Below, one piece after another: positions 61,755 to 64,000 of a DNA stretch of 64,000 nt (within the stretch, counting starts at the first letter, position 1; every line of letters begins with the position of its first letter). The translations under genes were made by a program, and so were the position numbers. The DNA is taken from positions 128,513-192,512 of the forward strand of contig JADJPK010000007.1 in assembly GCA_016713305.1 (NCBI GenBank). Direction: 5' to 3'. The stretch comes from Betaproteobacteria bacterium (GTDB lineage: Bacteria; Pseudomonadota; Gammaproteobacteria; Burkholderiales; Ga0077523). The notes beneath the pieces are model-generated. The model was given only the letters and a program-made list of their open reading frames with translations, was not told the DNA's origin and made no database searches.

Positions 61755-62083
61755 CCATGACCGGCACCGTGATCCTTCAGCTCTATTTCGCCGAGAACGA
61801 CCGCCACCGCGGCGAACTCGCGTACGAATGGGTGCTCGAACGCAGCAAGGCGCTCGGAATTCCAGGCGGCACCGCGCTGAGAGGAATCGCGGGTTACGGC
61901 AGGCACGGGGTGCTGGAACAGGAGGGCTTCTTCGAGCTGGCTGCCAATCTGCCGATCGTGCTTCAGTTCGTGTGCGCGGCCGCCAAGGCGCAGGAACTCC
62001 TGCAGCTGCTCGCGGCCGAGAGGCTGGCGGTCTTTCATACCCAGGCGGCGGTCGAAGCCGGATGGACCGTACCGCCTCAATGA
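61751..62083 (+). CDS. DUF190 domain protein
   Basis: LQLYFAENDRHRGELAYEWVLERSKALGIPGGTALRGIAGYG is a typical crcB partner sequence. It overlaps crcB by 4 nt. Confidence 0.75.
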   Translation: MTMTGTVILQLYFAENDRHRGELAYEWVLERSKALGIPGGTALRGIAGYGRHGVLEQEGFFELAANLPIVLQFVCAAAKAQELLQLLAAERLAVFHTQAAVEAGWTVPPQ

Positions 62084-63783
62084 ACGGGGACTCCATGGAC
62101 AACGCCTCTTCGATCGCACCCCACACGCTGAGCGGGCGCGACGCGTTCGTCCGGCTCCTCGCTTCAGAGGGCGTCGACACGCTGTTCGGCAATCCCGGCA
62201 CCACCGAGTTGGCGATCATGGAAGCGCTCGGCACGCAATCCGACATCGGCTATGTGCTGGGATTGCAGGAATCCGTCGTGGTCGCAATGGCCGACGGCTA
62301 TGCGCGTGCGTCAGGGCGCCTGGCCGCCTGCAACGTGCACGTGGCCCCGGGGCTGGGCAACGCCATGGGCGCCCTGTACAACGCGAAGTTCTACGGCTCG
62401 CCGCTGCTGGTCACCGCCGGCCAGCAGGAGCAGGGGCACGGCCTCATGGAGCCACTGCTGTACGACCCCCTGGTTCCGATCGCGCAGCCGCTGGTGAAAT
62501 GGGCTGTCGAGTGCACGCGGGTGGAGGATCTGCCGCGCATCGTGCGGCGAGCGGCCAAGGTCGCGCTCACGCCCCCCACGGGCCCGGTGTTCCTGAGTCT
62601 GCCGGGCGACGTGCTGGATGCCTCGGCGGTGCTGGACATGGGGGCGCCGACGCGCGTGGATTCCGCAGTGCGTCCGGTGGACGCGACGATTGCGCGCCTC
62701 GCCTCCCGCCTGCGTTCCGCACGCCACCCCGTGCTCATCGCCGGTCACGAGCTCGCCACGCGCAATGCCCTGGCAGAGGCGGCGGAGCTGGCGGAGGTGC
62801 TGGGGGCCCCCGTGCTGCAGCAGACGGTCCCCTATGCGGCGCAGTTCTTCTCGGAGCACCCGGCTTTCCTGGGCGCGCTCACGCGCAACCAGACGCAGGT
62901 GCGGGCCGCTCTCGAGCCCTACGACCTGCTGGTGTTTCTCGGGTCGGATGTCCTTCGAATGTCCGTGCACAGTCCGGTCGACGCCATGCCGCCCGGAAAG
63001 TCCGTGATCCAGATTGCCGAGCGGGACTGGGAACTGGCCAAGAACTACCCGGCCGAGATCGCCGTCCGGGCCGACGTGAAATCGACCCTGCGTGCCGTGG
63101 TGGATTGGCTGAGGCGCGAGTCCGGTCCTGCCGATGGGCAAGCCGCCGCGGCCCGCATCGCCGCGCTCGCGCCGCAGAACTGGTCGGCGAAGCGCGTTCA
63201 CGCGGCCGAGCAGGCGCTCAAGTTTTCCGGCCGGACGCCGTTGGAACCCGCATTTCTGACGAAGGTTCTGGCGGATGCGATTCCGGGCGATGCGGTGGTG
63301 GTGGAGGAAGCCCTCACGGCAGGGTTTCCCCTCCTGGGCTTCCTGCGCCTGCGCGACCACCAGGGCTTCTACGGGCTTGCGTCCGGCGGGATCGGCTTTG
63401 CGATGGGCGGCGCCGTGGGCATCAGTCTGGCGCTGGCTGACCGCCCGGTCGTGGCGCTCGTGGGCGATGGCAGCGCCATGTACTCGATCCAGGCGCTCTG
63501 GACCGCTGCTCACCTGCGGCGGCCGATCACGTATGTCATCGCGAACAACCGCAGCTACCGCATCCTCAAGGAACGGCTCCAGTCATTCCGCAAGACCGAT
63601 CGATTCATCGGCATGGATCTTCGCGAACCGTCCATCGACTTCGTCGCGCTGGCGCAGTCGATGGGGGTTCCGGCGCGGCGCATCGACGATCCGGCCGCGT
63701 TCGAGCCGGCGCTTCGCGCGGCTGTGGCGAGCGGCGGTCCGACTCTTCTCGACGTCTCGGTCGCGGACGGTTACGGCGGCTGA
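62080..63783 (+). CDS. Thiamine-diphosphate-dependent enzyme (benzoylformate decarboxylase / acetolactate synthase-like)
   Basis: VDTLFGNPGTTE..GLGNAMGALYNA N-terminal Pyr domain, and the C-terminal ThDP motif LVGDGSAMYSIQALWTAAHL..VIANN. The ATG overlaps the DUF190 stop (ATGA). Confidence 0.8.
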   Translation: MNGDSMDNASSIAPHTLSGRDAFVRLLASEGVDTLFGNPGTTELAIMEALGTQSDIGYVLGLQESVVVAMADGYARASGRLAACNVHVAPGLGNAMGALYNAKFYGSPLLVTAGQQEQGHGLMEPLLYDPLVPIAQPLVKWAVECTRVEDLPRIVRRAAKVALTPPTGPVFLSLPGDVLDASAVLDMGAPTRVDSAVRPVDATIARLASRLRSARHPVLIAGHELATRNALAEAAELAEVLGAPVLQQTVPYAAQFFSEHPAFLGALTRNQTQVRAALEPYDLLVFLGSDVLRMSVHSPVDAMPPGKSVIQIAERDWELAKNYPAEIAVRADVKSTLRAVVDWLRRESGPADGQAAAARIAALAPQNWSAKRVHAAEQALKFSGRTPLEPAFLTKVLADAIPGDAVVVEEALTAGFPLLGFLRLRDHQGFYGLASGGIGFAMGGAVGISLALADRPVVALVGDGSAMYSIQALWTAAHLRRPITYVIANNRSYRILKERLQSFRKTDRFIGMDLREPSIDFVALAQSMGVPARRIDDPAAFEPALRAAVASGGPTLLDVSVADGYGG

Positions 63784-63873
63784 CGCGCTCATCCCGCGGA
63801 TTCTTCCGCGGCCACCTGTCACCCGGGCTTCCGCCAGAGGCGGACCGGTCCTGTTTCCCCGGAGGAACGAGCC

Positions 63874-64000
63874 ATGAACATCGAGGCCGCCGCGTCCGTT
63901 GCACCGAATGTTCCGAGCAACCCCTTCCCCGCACTGCCCCAGGAAGACGAGCGGGACCTGCGCGATCTGTTCGCCCGCTGGGAGGATCTGGCCAAGTCGG
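63874..64000 (+). CDS. Hypothetical protein, 5' fragment running off the window
   Basis: GGAGGA lies 8 nt upstream of the ATG, and the frame is open to the window end. I did not recognise a family. Confidence 0.3.
   Translation, partial: MNIEAAASVAPNVPSNPFPALPQEDERDLRDLFARWEDLAKS

Noticed and set aside
1-64000. Mobile elements, prophage, defence islands, tRNA/rRNA genes
   Set aside because: I found no transposase, integrase, phage, toxin-antitoxin or restriction-type translation in any frame, and no tRNA-like cloverleaf in the intergenic regions I read.

Overview
This is a GC-rich proteobacterial chromosome segment (GC not computed). I saw no rRNA, tRNA, CRISPR array, transposase or integrase.

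Gene layout:
1. 0-9 kb: cbb3 oxidase cluster (ccoI-ccoS, ccoNOQP, ccoG-ccoH) with FNR-type boxes.
2. 9.3-15.3 kb: an efflux adaptor, sulfide:quinone oxidoreductase, RND permease and DUF2892 gene string.
3. 15.4-18.3 kb: fnr, hemN and a DsbD_2/TauE-like membrane protein.
4. 18.6-33 kb: the conserved block rpsB-tsf-pyrH-frr-uppS-cdsA-dxr-rseP-bamA-skp-lpxD-fabZ-lpxA-lpxB-rnhB.
5. 33.5-36.2 kb: a NitT/TauT-type ABC importer.
6. 36.4-61.2 kb: a molybdenum-centred region. It holds mobB-moaD-moaE, the NAD-linked formate dehydrogenase operon fdsGBA-fdhD-fdsD, modBC, an OprO/P-like porin with modA, and three ModE-N-terminal-type regulators. It also holds a PAS kinase / receiver / GGDEF-EAL signalling cluster and a TonB-dependent receptor operon.
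7. 61.3-64 kb: crcB, DUF190 and a ThDP enzyme.

Main hunt results:
- A 24-bp ModE-operator-like palindrome occurs four times. It marks modB, the porin-modA operon and the TonB receptor / binding protein / di-haem DUF1111 / ModE-like operon. This suggests an undescribed Mo(W)-responsive outer-membrane uptake module.
- sqr is embedded between the adaptor and pump genes of an RND system.
- fdsA carries an in-frame TAG.
- An intergenic array of hairpin repeats lies upstream of modB.
- At least 17 indel-type frame breaks affect otherwise conserved genes. They are probably read or assembly errors, but they cluster in hemN and in the kinase H-box.

All functional calls come from reading motifs in the supplied translations. 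No database search was run.
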